DNA from: an uncultured delta proteobacterium
Lineage (GTDB): Bacteria; Myxococcota_A; Polyangia; Polyangiales; B10-G4
NCBI GenBank assembly: GCA_963727445.1
Contig: CAVSGI010000017.1
Location: 96,001-160,000 of the forward strand
DNA: 64,000 nucleotides
Direction of reading: 5' to 3'
The position numbers and the translations under genes were made by a program. Numbering within the stretch: position 1 is the first letter of the stretch; each line of letters starts with the position of its first letter. Positions 42,344-51,536 of the stretch are shown in pieces. Below the pieces are notes generated by a model. The model worked only from the letters and a program-made list of their open reading frames with translations. It made no database searches and was not told the origin of the DNA.

Positions 42344-43953
42344 GGGTCCACCTCCTCACCCAGCGCCGGCTCGGCTGGGGCCATGTCGGGCGGGCCCTGG
42401 GCCATCGAGGGCGGCCCCTGGCCCTGCCCCTGCCCCATGTTCCCGCTGGTCGTACCCTCGCCGGCGATCGCCTCGCCCGCGGCTTGCATCGCCATCGAGG
42501 TCGCCTCGCCCACGGCCTCCGCCGCTTCGGCGACGCCCTCGGCGGCGCTGGTGCCTTCGATCGGCGCCGGTGTCTCGCCTTCCGCCGCCGCCGCTGCATC
42601 CGTCGCCACGCCGGCGTCCCCTGCGGGCGCCTCCTCTTCTTCCTCCGCCGCAGGCGCGTGACGGATCACCTGCCGCGGCGCCTCCTCACGCTCCACCTCG
42701 CGCGCGAGCAGCACCTCCGACTCCTCTACCGGTTGGATGCGCGGCGAGCCTTCGCCGGTGCGGTCGAGGAGGCGAGTGAGCGCGAAGTCCATGCCGAGGT
42801 CGGTGTCCGCGTCGCAGAGTCGGGTGCCGCCCACGTAGACCTGCGGCGTGATGATCGGCATGCGGTTGTCGACCGCGAAGCGCAGCGCGAGGTTGAGACG
42901 CGCGCGCACCGTCGGGGTGCCGATGCACTCGGCGACGAAGGGGAAGTGCTCTGCCACCATGCGGCCGGGCGCCTCGGGGTCGTCCTCGGCGGCGGTGCGG
43001 ATCGCGTCCTGCTCGTCGAAGGCCCAGTCGAGGACCTCTTCTGCCCGATCCCCGGCGCAGAGCACCGCCTCGCTCACGGCGCAGGCGCCCGGATGGATCG
43101 CGCTCGAAATCATCCAGTTGCACTCGGTGTCGAGGGGGAAGAGCAGCGCCTGACGGCTCACGCGATTGGCGAATTCCGCCGCCTCGAAGCGGCGCTCGAA
43201 GCCGCGGCACGCCGGGCAGAGCGGGTCGAGCATCTCGACCATCTCCACCCCGCCACTCTGCGGGCCCATGGGCACGAGGATGTCGTCCGCGATCTCCAGC
43301 TTGGTGAGCTCACCACAGGCGCCGACGTAGTGCTCGAAGTCGGGCGCGGTGGCCGCGTAGGCGCCCACCGGCAAGGCGACGAAGATCACACCGACCAAGA
43401 AGGCGATGCCCATCGCGGCGGGGGTGGCGGGCGCGGGCGCGTCCTCCGGCGCGTCGGCGCGCCCCGCCATGATCGCGAAGACGAGCGCGCCCAGAAACGC
43501 CAGACCACTCGACGCGTAGATGCCGATGCACATCTTGCAGGCGGCATCGAGGGTGACGAGCGAGATGTAGCCCATGACCATGCTGGTGATCAGCGGCACT
43601 CCGGTCGCCGCGACCAGGAACCACCCCGACTTCGCGTCGGCATTGCGCCGGGTCAGGATGAGGAAGACCGCCGCGAAGGCGAGAAAGGAAAAGACCGCCA
43701 TCGCCGGCAGGGAGATGGGGATGCCGCCCCAGATGCTGGCCCGCATCACCGACGAGTAGGGACTCATCAAGGTGACGTGGCAGCCGGTCGCCCCGGTGGC
43801 ATCGGTTCCCTCGATGCCTGGCAGAAACGAACAGTGGATGCCGTGCACCTCTCTATCGAGGTGCTGGACGAAGTCGTAGGTGGAAAACGACGCGAAGAAG
43901 ACGCCGGCCACCGAAGCGACGAAAACGAGAATCAACCATGGGCTCGGACGCAT
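42340..43953 (-). CDS. VKOR-DsbA/thioredoxin fusion protein
   Basis: VKOR loop Cys pair, SPYS, active-site CKMC in a TM helix; then DPLCPAC and ITP cis-Pro; low-complexity tail. Confidence 0.85.
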   Translation of the reverse strand: MRPSPWLILVFVASVAGVFFASFSTYDFVQHLDREVHGIHCSFLPGIEGTDATGATGCHVTLMSPYSSVMRASIWGGIPISLPAMAVFSFLAFAAVFLILTRRNADAKSGWFLVAATGVPLITSMVMGYISLVTLDAACKMCIGIYASSGLAFLGALVFAIMAGRADAPEDAPAPATPAAMGIAFLVGVIFVALPVGAYAATAPDFEHYVGACGELTKLEIADDILVPMGPQSGGVEMVEMLDPLCPACRGFERRFEAAEFANRVSRQALLFPLDTECNWMISSAIHPGACAVSEAVLCAGDRAEEVLDWAFDEQDAIRTAAEDDPEAPGRMVAEHFPFVAECIGTPTVRARLNLALRFAVDNRMPIITPQVYVGGTRLCDADTDLGMDFALTRLLDRTGEGSPRIQPVEESEVLLAREVEREEAPRQVIRHAPAAEEEEEAPAGDAGVATDAAAAAEGETPAPIEGTSAAEGVAEAAEAVGEATSMAMQAAGEAIAGEGTTSGNMGQGQGQGPPSMAQGPPDMAPAEPALGEEVDP

Positions 43954-43973
43954 CAGTCCCCCTCCGGGTCGCG

Positions 43974-44003
43974 ATCACACCGACTGGGGATGTGTGCTGT
44001 CAA
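43974..44003 (-). promoter_or_regulatory. Putative sigma70 promoter of the VKOR operon
   Basis: Minus strand TTGACA-18 nt-TGTGAT, followed by a GGAGGGG RBS. Confidence 0.5.
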
Positions 44004-44106
44004 GCCGCTCGCTCCGTTTGAGGGCGACGAGACCGGAAAGATCCCCCGTTGCGGAAAGTGATTCGCCCCATTGTTTGATCGGGTGGAAAGATCCACCATG
44101 CGCGCC

Positions 44107-44613
44107 ATGAGTGAATCGGATTGTCCCTGCGGGAGCGGCAAGGCCTTCGAGGACTGCTGCGAGCCGGTGATCGAGGGCAAGGAGAAGGCGAAGACCGCCG
44201 AGGCGCTGATGCGCGCCCGCTACTCCGCTTACGCCACGCACCGGACGGCGTTCGTCATCAACACCCACGACCCCGAGACGCGGCACGAGCTCGACGAAAA
44301 GGCCACCGAGAAGTGGGCGGCGGGCAACGACTGGCTGAACCTGGAGATCAAGGAGATCGACAAAGGCGGCGAGAAGGACGAGGCGGGGATCGTCGAGTTC
44401 ATCGCCACCTACTCCGACGAGCGGGAACGCACCCAGACCCACCACGAGCGCTCCGAGTTCGTCCGCCGGGATGGGACCTGGTACTTCCACGATGGGGAGG
44501 TGACGGTGCAGAAGCCGGCCCGATCCGAGAAGGTCGGGCGAAACGAGCCCTGCCCCTGCGGATCGGGCAAGAAGTACAAGAAGTGCCATGGGAGGCCCGG
44601 AGCCACGGCATGA
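44107..44613 (+). CDS. ychJ: YchJ (UPF0225) protein with SEC-C motifs
   Basis: CPCGSG…[26 protein letters not shown]…[23 protein letters not shown]. Confidence 0.9.
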   Translation: MSESDCPCGSGKAFEDCCEPVIEGKEKAKTAEALMRARYSAYATHRTAFVINTHDPETRHELDEKATEKWAAGNDWLNLEIKEIDKGGEKDEAGIVEFIATYSDERERTQTHHERSEFVRRDGTWYFHDGEVTVQKPARSEKVGRNEPCPCGSGKKYKKCHGRPGATA

Positions 44614-44615
44614 GG

Positions 44616-44642
44616 GGCGGAATCGCAACGGATTCCGCCTTT
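44616..44642 (+). terminator. Intrinsic terminator
   Basis: GGCGGAATC-gcaacg-GATTCCGCC-TTT immediately after the ychJ stop. Confidence 0.7.
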
Positions 44643-44751
44643 CGTGTTGTGTCCGGCCGGCTTTGGGGCTAGATGATGCGCGCTTCGGGGGTCTTCCGGC
44701 CCGAGTGCCGGGGCACTAGAGAAGAGCATCAAGGAATCGAGAGGACTGGTT

Positions 44752-45021
44752 TTGGCGAAACGACGCGGCGGCAGAAGGCGCAGTTACGACGGCGGAGGGA
44801 ACGACGATCGTAGCGATCACGTCAAGGTCGAGGGGGTCGTCAGCCAGGTCTTCGCCGGTGGGCAGTTCGAGATCGAGCTCGACACGGGCGGCACCGTGCG
44901 GGCGCAGCTCTGCGGACGCATGCGCAAGTTCCGCATTCGCGTCCTGCTCGGCGACCGGGTCACGGTCGCCCTCTCCCCCTACGATCTGACCCACGGGATG
45001 ATCGTCTTCCGGACGAAGTAG
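44752..45021 (+). CDS. infA: Translation initiation factor IF-1 with N-terminal extension
   Basis: VEGVV…F.IELD.G..V.A.L.GRMRKFRIRVLLGDRVTV.LSPYDLT.G.I.FR; TTG start with GAGGA RBS. Confidence 0.92.
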   Translation: MAKRRGGRRRSYDGGGNDDRSDHVKVEGVVSQVFAGGQFEIELDTGGTVRAQLCGRMRKFRIRVLLGDRVTVALSPYDLTHGMIVFRTK

Positions 45022-45323
45022 GTCGTGGAAACGCAGTCCCGGCTCAGGCCCGCTGCGCTCGGGACACGCGCCGTTCGCTTCGCGAACTCTGCGAGTCCTG
45101 CCGCTCCGCGCCCCTGAGCCTTGTGTGTCGTGGAAACGCAGTCCCGGCTCAGGCCCGCTGCGCTCGGGACACGCGCCGTTCGCTTCGCGAACTCTGCGAG
45201 TCCTGCCGCTCCGCGCCCCTGAGCCTTGTGTGTCGTGGAAACGCAGTCCCGGCTCAGGCCCGCTGCGCTCGGGACACGCGCCGTTCGCTTCGCGAACTCT
45301 GCGAGTCCTGCCGCTCCGCGCCC
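45022..45323. repeat. Tandem array of a 105-bp REP-like palindromic unit (about 2.9 identical copies)
   Basis: Copies start at 45022, 45127 and 45232; internal stems GTTCGC-ttc-GCGAAC, GTCCCG/CGGGAC and GGCTCAGG/CCTGAGCC. Confidence 0.92.
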
Positions 45324-45328
45324 TCGAC

Positions 45329-47107
45329 CTACCCGTCCTTGGTCTTGTCGTCGACGAGCTTCTCGAGCTCTTCGCGGGTGACGCCGAGTCGCTCGGCGAC
45401 CCGGTGGGCGAGCGAGGTCTTGGCGACGCCGAGGATGAAGCCGAAGGTGGGACGCTCGTCCTCGTCGAGCTCGACCTCGAGGAAGGCGAGGCCCTCCACC
45501 GGGGGCTCCTTCTCGAGGCGCGCCGCCAGCCCGAGGAAGTGGGTGCTGATGAAGACCTGGGGCTGGAGGCGCGGCAGCAGCGAGACGACCATCTCGAAGA
45601 TCGCCTCGCCCTCCATCGGGTTGGTGCCGGAGCACAGCTCGTCGAGAATGGCGAGCGACCCGGGCTCGAGCTCCTCGAAGAGACGACGGATGCGCAGGAG
45701 CTCGGTGCCGAGGCGCCCCTCTTTCTGCGCGGCGTCCTGCTCGATCACCAGGGACACGAAGAGGCCAGGCGCGCGCACCAGGCGCGCGCGGGCGGCCGGG
45801 ACGAACATGCCGACCTGACCGAGGCATTGGGTCAGCGCGATCGCCTGGAGGAGGCGCGTCTTTCCGCCCGAGTTGGGGCCGGTGAGGATCGCCAGGTCGT
45901 CGCTCAGGGGAACGTCGCAGGGGATCGGCACGATGTCCTGCAGGAAGAGCAGCGGATTGAACAGACCGTCGAGGACGCGCGGCGCCTCGCCGTCCTCCGC
46001 CGGCTCGTCTGCGTCGTGGATCTCGGGGAGGCAGACCTCGAGCTTTCGCTTCTCACAGAAGTCTCGGAAGGACAGCCCGGCCAGATAGAGCTCCACCGGA
46101 CCGGTGAGCGCGAGGCAGGTGACGACCGCGTCGACGAAGGGTGAGAAGACGACATCGAGCAGACGCACGACCACTTCGTTCTCGCCGTAGCGATGGCCGC
46201 GGAAGAACGAGGCGATGCGCTGAAAGAAGCGCACCACGGGACCGGGCAGGAGCGCGTTGTCCGTGTTCTCCTGGATCCGCGTGATGGCGAAGCCGCGCAT
46301 GATGCCGTCGGCGCCGAGCCGCAGGCGGATGTCGACGGTCGCCATGTTGTCATCGAAGTCGAGGAGCTGGGCCAGGCGCTCGTACGCGTCGCCGTCGCGC
46401 ATGGCTTCGCCCGAAGCGCGGAGGCGACCGAGGAGCGAGCCGGTGCTGGCGAAGCCGTCGGCGAGGGCGTCGATGGAGTCGCGGAGCGCTTCGAGCACCT
46501 GGAGCTTGCGGCGAATGGGGCTGGGCTCTTCGGTGCGGCCGGCCTCGAGGGCGGAGCGCAGCTTGCGGATGGAGACGTAGAAACGCTCGAGATCGGCGCG
46601 CAGCTCGGGACGCTCCACCAGCTCGGCGAAGACCTCCTGGCGCGCGGCGACGTCGAGCGCGTCCTCGGGCGGCGCGGAGAGGATGCGGGTGAGGAGACGG
46701 TCGGCGACGTCGTACCTGCGCCCTTCGACCTCGATGCGGAAGCACTTGGCGATGAGCTCGTCGAAGTAGAGCTGCGGTGCGAAGGCCGGCGCGTCGAAGC
46801 TCGAAGGCGCGAGGGGCGTCGCGTCGATCAGCGTGTCGAAGACGCCCGCACAGTCGCCCCCTTCGTAGGCGAAGCGCACCAGCTCGCGAGCCCCCTTGAG
46901 GTCGCCCCAGCGTCGCGGCTGATCGTGGAGCAGGTCCGGGCCGGCGAGGCCGTCCTCGGAAGGCGCCTGGCCCACGGGCTGGACGTAGTAGCCGGATTCA
47001 GCCTCGTCCTTGCTCTGGGACCGCCGCCGCCGGCGCCGCTGGCGGATGCTCCCCGCCAACTCCTTGGACCTGCCTCTAGAACGCACGACGGATGGGGAGT
47101 ATCGCAT
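45329..47107 (-). CDS. MutS-related protein with ATPase domain V only (start uncertain)
   Basis: LTGPNSGGKT, GQVGMFVPA, GRLGTEL, LDELCSGTNP.EG, STHF, G.A.TSLA..VA.RLG. Confidence 0.85.
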   Translation of the reverse strand: MRYSPSVVRSRGRSKELAGSIRQRRRRRRSQSKDEAESGYYVQPVGQAPSEDGLAGPDLLHDQPRRWGDLKGARELVRFAYEGGDCAGVFDTLIDATPLAPSSFDAPAFAPQLYFDELIAKCFRIEVEGRRYDVADRLLTRILSAPPEDALDVAARQEVFAELVERPELRADLERFYVSIRKLRSALEAGRTEEPSPIRRKLQVLEALRDSIDALADGFASTGSLLGRLRASGEAMRDGDAYERLAQLLDFDDNMATVDIRLRLGADGIMRGFAITRIQENTDNALLPGPVVRFFQRIASFFRGHRYGENEVVVRLLDVVFSPFVDAVVTCLALTGPVELYLAGLSFRDFCEKRKLEVCLPEIHDADEPAEDGEAPRVLDGLFNPLLFLQDIVPIPCDVPLSDDLAILTGPNSGGKTRLLQAIALTQCLGQVGMFVPAARARLVRAPGLFVSLVIEQDAAQKEGRLGTELLRIRRLFEELEPGSLAILDELCSGTNPMEGEAIFEMVVSLLPRLQPQVFISTHFLGLAARLEKEPPVEGLAFLEVELDEDERPTFGFILGVAKTSLAHRVAERLGVTREELEKLVDDKTKDG

Positions 47108-47207
47108 GTCGAGACCTTTGGGACACTGGACGCGTCCGGTTGTTCCCATCCTCGGCGCGGCGCCTCGCCAGCGGCCGTGAGCGGGGAGTGCTATACGGCC
47201 CAGACCC

Positions 47208-48752
47208 ATGGCCCTGAAGCTCATCGCCGTTTTCGGCTATCTGGTGGCCTTGCTGGTGATCGGCGCCCTCGCGTCGAAGCGGATGAGCGACGTCGGAGAC
47301 TACTTCGCCGGCGGCAAGAAGCTCGGGTTCTGGGTGGTGGCCTTCTCCTCGCGGGCCACCGGGGAGTCGGCCTGGCTCCTCCTCGGGCTGACCGGCATGG
47401 GGGCCCTGGTGGGCCTGCAGGCGTTCTGGGTGGTCCTCGGCGAGATCCTCGGCGTCGCGGGCGCGTGGCTGGTGATGGCGCGCCGCTTCAAGAAGCTCAC
47501 CGATCGCTACGACTCGATCACCGTCCCCGACTATCTCGAGTCCCGCTTCCGCGACGACAGTCAGCTCCTACGCAAGATCGCCGCCGCCTCCTTGGTGGTC
47601 TTCGTGACCGTCTACGTCAGCGCCCAGATCGACGCGACCGGCACCGCCTTCGAGACCTTCCTCGGTTGGAACTACTACGTCGGGGCTCTGGTGGGCTTCG
47701 CGGTGGTGCTGGTCTACATCGTGAGCGGCGGCTTCGTGGCCGTCGCCTGGTCCGACGTCTTTCAGGGCTCGCTGATGTTCCTCGGCCTGGTGACCCTGCC
47801 GATCATCGGGACCTTCCTCGCGGGCGGCGTCTCGGAGGTGGTGGACGGCCTGCGCGCGCAGGATCCGTCGCTCCTGCACATCGGCTTTGGACGAGGGCTG
47901 AACGGCTACGCCCACGTGCTGAGCTTCGTGCTCATCGGCCTGGGCTTTCTCGGCTCGCCGCAGGTCTTCGTGCGCTTCATCTCGATCCGCTCGCCCGACG
48001 AGGTGCCACGCGGCGCGGCCGTCGCGATCACCTACACGACGCTCGCCCTCTCGGGCGCGGTGCTCACGGGCATGGTGGGGCGACATCTGCTCATCGGCAG
48101 CGGGGCGGACGCCCCCGACGTGGTCGAGACCCTCGGCAACGGCGCCCAGAACGTCCTGCCCATCCTGGTGGAGAGCTACCTGCCGGCGATCCTGGCCGGC
48201 GTCTTCATCGCCATCGTTCTGTCGGCGATCATGAGCACCATCGACTCGCTCCTCGTCGTGGCCGCGAGCGCCCTGGTGCGCGACTGGTACCAGAAGGTGA
48301 AGAACCCATCCCTGCCCGACGACGCGCTGGTGGGGCTGAGCCGCAAGGCCACCGTCGGCCTCGCGTTTCTCGCGCTGACCGTCGCCCTGTCGGTGGCGAC
48401 CTTCGTCCCGGGCCGCACCGTCTTCTGGTTCGTGATCTTCGGCTGGTCGGGGATCAGCGCGACCTTCTGTCCGACGATGATCCTCTCGGTCTTCTGGAAA
48501 GGCATGACCTCCCGCGGGGCCATCGCCGCGATGCTGATCGGTTTTGCGAGCGTGCCCTTCTTCAAGTTCGTCGCCCCGGGACTGCCCGTGGTCGGCGGCT
48601 TCTTCGGGGCACTCGAGGAGCTGCCGCCAGCGTTCATCCTCTCGGGGCTCTTTGGGATCGCCGTCAGCCTGGCGGACGCCCAGGGACGGAGCCACGTGCC
48701 GATGGTGGAAGAAGAGCTCCTGGCCGCTGCCGAGGCGTCAGAGAGGAGTTGA
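47208..48752 (+). CDS. Sodium/proline symporter (SSS family, PutP-like)
   Basis: DYFAGGKKLG, S..ATGESAWLLLGL.G, TVPDYLE.RF, GGF.AV.W.D..QG, LG.PQV.VRF, SAIMSTIDS.L. Confidence 0.9.
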   Translation: MALKLIAVFGYLVALLVIGALASKRMSDVGDYFAGGKKLGFWVVAFSSRATGESAWLLLGLTGMGALVGLQAFWVVLGEILGVAGAWLVMARRFKKLTDRYDSITVPDYLESRFRDDSQLLRKIAAASLVVFVTVYVSAQIDATGTAFETFLGWNYYVGALVGFAVVLVYIVSGGFVAVAWSDVFQGSLMFLGLVTLPIIGTFLAGGVSEVVDGLRAQDPSLLHIGFGRGLNGYAHVLSFVLIGLGFLGSPQVFVRFISIRSPDEVPRGAAVAITYTTLALSGAVLTGMVGRHLLIGSGADAPDVVETLGNGAQNVLPILVESYLPAILAGVFIAIVLSAIMSTIDSLLVVAASALVRDWYQKVKNPSLPDDALVGLSRKATVGLAFLALTVALSVATFVPGRTVFWFVIFGWSGISATFCPTMILSVFWKGMTSRGAIAAMLIGFASVPFFKFVAPGLPVVGGFFGALEELPPAFILSGLFGIAVSLADAQGRSHVPMVEEELLAAAEASERS

Positions 48753-49976
48753 TTCGGGCGCGCGCTCGACCGAGCCGTCCAGGAAATGGATCGCGGGCGC
48801 ACCGGCCTCTTCGGCGAGCTCCCGGAAGTCGGTGTGGAGGTCCCCGCAGAGGCCGCGCTCGGCGAAGCCCACGCCGCCGCAGTGGGTGCTCACGCTGCCG
48901 GAGAAGCCCATGCCGCCGAACACGCGGGGATCGAAATGGCGGCGGGCCCGCGCACAGGAATCGGCGAGCTCGCCCGAGGCGCCTTCGCATCGAGTGTCGA
49001 GGGCGGCCAGGATCTGCGGAGCGTCCGCATCGAAGAGCGCGTTCGGCGCCGCGACGAGGGTATCGATGAGCCCCGCCAGCGCCGCTCCTTCCTCCGGCCC
49101 CTCCTCGAGGCGGAGGATGAGGGTGTCCGGTGCGTAGGACGGCCAGTGCCGGTCGAAGTGATGGAGACGGTGGAGCTCGTCCACATCCCGCGCCTCGGTG
49201 CCGGGCATCACCCGGTCGATCAGCCGGCGGGCGATCGCCTCGCGGACCGGCGCCTGGTAGCTGTCGGCGCGATTGGCGACGATGTCGGCGAAGGTCGCCA
49301 GCGAATCCCACTCCATCGCCTGCGCCTCCGCCGAGAGCTCGACGACGAAAGCGCCGCGATCGAACATCTGCGAGAGGACGTTTTGACGACCCGAATCGGG
49401 CGTGCCCTCGAGCAGCGTGAGCGTGTCGTCCGGCTCCGTGCTCTCCACCAGCGTGCGGCGCATGACGAAGCGCGCGTGGCAGCCCTCCGACTCGGCCCGT
49501 GACAGGAGCGCCAGCCCCTTCTCGAAGGCGCGCTCGGGCCACCCCACGATCGCCACTTCGCGCGTGACCTCCAGCGGCCCCTCGGCCGTGGACGCCCGCA
49601 CGATCGCCCGGTACAGGCCGGGACGCGCGCAATGGCCGTGGCTGTGGCCCAGCTCGGTGCTGCCCCCAGCCGCCAATTCGCGAAGCGCATCCCTGTCGGG
49701 ATCGTAGTGGAGGCACGGATCGGTCTCGGCCCAGGACCCGTCGGACTGCTGAGCTTCCATCCGAAACATGGGCGGATCCCAGCAGAAGCCTTCCTCGCAG
49801 CCGACGGTGATCGTTTCGTCGCTGCCGTTGTGAAGCGTCCACGCCACGTCGCCGTCGTCGTCGACGGAGCCACTGAGCGAAAGGCGCGCGCTCGCTTCTT
49901 CGACGGCGGGCGTGTCGGTCCCCATCATGCAACCGGAGAAGAGAAGGAGAGCGAGTGCGACGAAGAGCGGGTGCAT
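48738..49976 (-). CDS. Hypothetical lipoprotein
   Basis: MHPLFVALALLLFSGC lipobox; fills the gap between genes. Confidence 0.6.
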   Translation of the reverse strand: MHPLFVALALLLFSGCMMGTDTPAVEEASARLSLSGSVDDDGDVAWTLHNGSDETITVGCEEGFCWDPPMFRMEAQQSDGSWAETDPCLHYDPDRDALRELAAGGSTELGHSHGHCARPGLYRAIVRASTAEGPLEVTREVAIVGWPERAFEKGLALLSRAESEGCHARFVMRRTLVESTEPDDTLTLLEGTPDSGRQNVLSQMFDRGAFVVELSAEAQAMEWDSLATFADIVANRADSYQAPVREAIARRLIDRVMPGTEARDVDELHRLHHFDRHWPSYAPDTLILRLEEGPEEGAALAGLIDTLVAAPNALFDADAPQILAALDTRCEGASGELADSCARARRHFDPRVFGGMGFSGSVSTHCGGVGFAERGLCGDLHTDFRELAEEAGAPAIHFLDGSVERAPESTPL

Positions 49977-50024
49977 GCGGGCTAGACACCCACCATACGG
50001 CGAAGTTCCGTCGGCTCTTCCCCG

Positions 50025-51527
50025 TCAGAAGGCGGTCGGCTTCGTCGCGGGGGCGGGCGCGCTCTTGGGGCTGAGCCCGTAGTAGACGCCGCCGCCGATC
50101 AGAAAGCCGACGAACCAGGCATAGACGTAGATCTGGTCGAAGATGGCGGGGACCGAAGCGACCGCGCCGGCTTCGTGGAGAAAGCCCGGGACGTTGGGAA
50201 GGACCGCCAGCGCCAGGGCCAGCAGGGCGCGCCAGTTCCAGCCGTTTGCGTAGCTGTACTCGCCGTCCTTCCGGAAGAGCTCCTCGACGTTCATCTCCGT
50301 CTTGCGGATGAGGAAGTAGTCGGCGATGAGGATGCCGGCGATGGGGCCGAGGAGCGCCGAGTAGCCGATGAGCCAGACGAAGATGTAGCCGCCGGTGGAC
50401 TCGAGGAGCTTCCAGGGGAACATCGCGATGCCGAGGCCCGCGGTGATGTAGCCGCCCATCTTGAAGCTGATCTTCTCGGGGTTGATGTTCGAAAATCCGT
50501 TGGCCGGCGCGACGACGTTGGCGGCGAGGTTGGTGGTGAGGGTCGCGACCGCCAGGGCGAAGAGCGCGACCACGATGGACCAGCCGCCCATCTTTCCGAG
50601 GAGCGCCACCGGATCCCAGATGGCCTCGCCGTAGATGACGACGGTAGCCGAGGTGACCGCGACGCCGATGAAGGCGAAGAGCGCCATGGTCGGTGGAAGG
50701 CCCACGGCCTGGCCGAGCATCTGGTCCTTCTGCGTCTTGCAGTAGCGGGTGAAGTCCGGGATGTTCAGCGAGAGCGTCGCCCAGAAGCCCACCATCGCGG
50801 TGAGGCTCGGCGCGAAGACGCTCATGAACTGCCCTTCTTTTTCGCCGCCTTCCACGAACTGACTCGGCGTCGAGAGCATGGTGCCGAAGCCGCCCGCCTC
50901 GACGTAGGCCCAGACGAGCAGCGCGAGGCCCATGACGATCAAGAAGGGCGCGGCGTAGGTCTCGAGCCAGCGGATCGACTCGGTGCCCTTGGCGATGAAG
51001 TAGACGTGCAAGGCCCAGAAGGCGAGGAAACAGATCAGCTGCCAGAGGTCGATGCCGAGGAAGCCGATGGGGGTTCCGACGAACCAATCGCTCGAGACGG
51101 CGTTCAGGATGGTGTAGATGGCGGAGCCGCCGACCCAGGTCTGGATGCCGAACCAGCCGCAGGCGACGATGCCGCGAAGGAGCGCGGGCACGTTCGCCCC
51201 GACGGTGCCGAAGCTCGAACGGAGCAGCACCGGAAAGGGGATGCCGTGCTTGGTGCCGGCGTGGCCGACGAGCATCATCGGGATGAGCACGATGACGTTG
51301 CCGAGGAGCACCGTGAGCACCGCCTGCCACCACGCCATGCCCTGCTCGATCATCGACGCGGCGAGCATGTAGGTCGGGACGCAGACCACCATGCCCACCC
51401 AGAGGGCGGCGATGCAGGTCCACTTCCAGGTGCGCCCCTCCTCGGGGGTGGGTGCGAGATCGTCGTTGTAGAGGTGCGGGTCGGCGCCCTCGATCGGCAC
51501 CGGCTTGACGTCGGCGTGGGCGCTCAC
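50025..51527 (-). CDS. NCS1 nucleobase:cation symporter
   Basis: LYNDDLAP, ALWVGM, GIPFPV..R.SFG..G, ACGWFGIQTW.GG, FWATLSLNIPDFTR, N.AANVV. Confidence 0.93.
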   Translation of the reverse strand: MSAHADVKPVPIEGADPHLYNDDLAPTPEEGRTWKWTCIAALWVGMVVCVPTYMLAASMIEQGMAWWQAVLTVLLGNVIVLIPMMLVGHAGTKHGIPFPVLLRSSFGTVGANVPALLRGIVACGWFGIQTWVGGSAIYTILNAVSSDWFVGTPIGFLGIDLWQLICFLAFWALHVYFIAKGTESIRWLETYAAPFLIVMGLALLVWAYVEAGGFGTMLSTPSQFVEGGEKEGQFMSVFAPSLTAMVGFWATLSLNIPDFTRYCKTQKDQMLGQAVGLPPTMALFAFIGVAVTSATVVIYGEAIWDPVALLGKMGGWSIVVALFALAVATLTTNLAANVVAPANGFSNINPEKISFKMGGYITAGLGIAMFPWKLLESTGGYIFVWLIGYSALLGPIAGILIADYFLIRKTEMNVEELFRKDGEYSYANGWNWRALLALALAVLPNVPGFLHEAGAVASVPAIFDQIYVYAWFVGFLIGGGVYYGLSPKSAPAPATKPTAF

Positions 51528-51536
51528 CGTCCCCCC

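Noticed and set aside
45022..45323. Possible CRISPR array
   Set aside because: Units are 105 bp, fully identical with no unique spacers, and no cas genes are present
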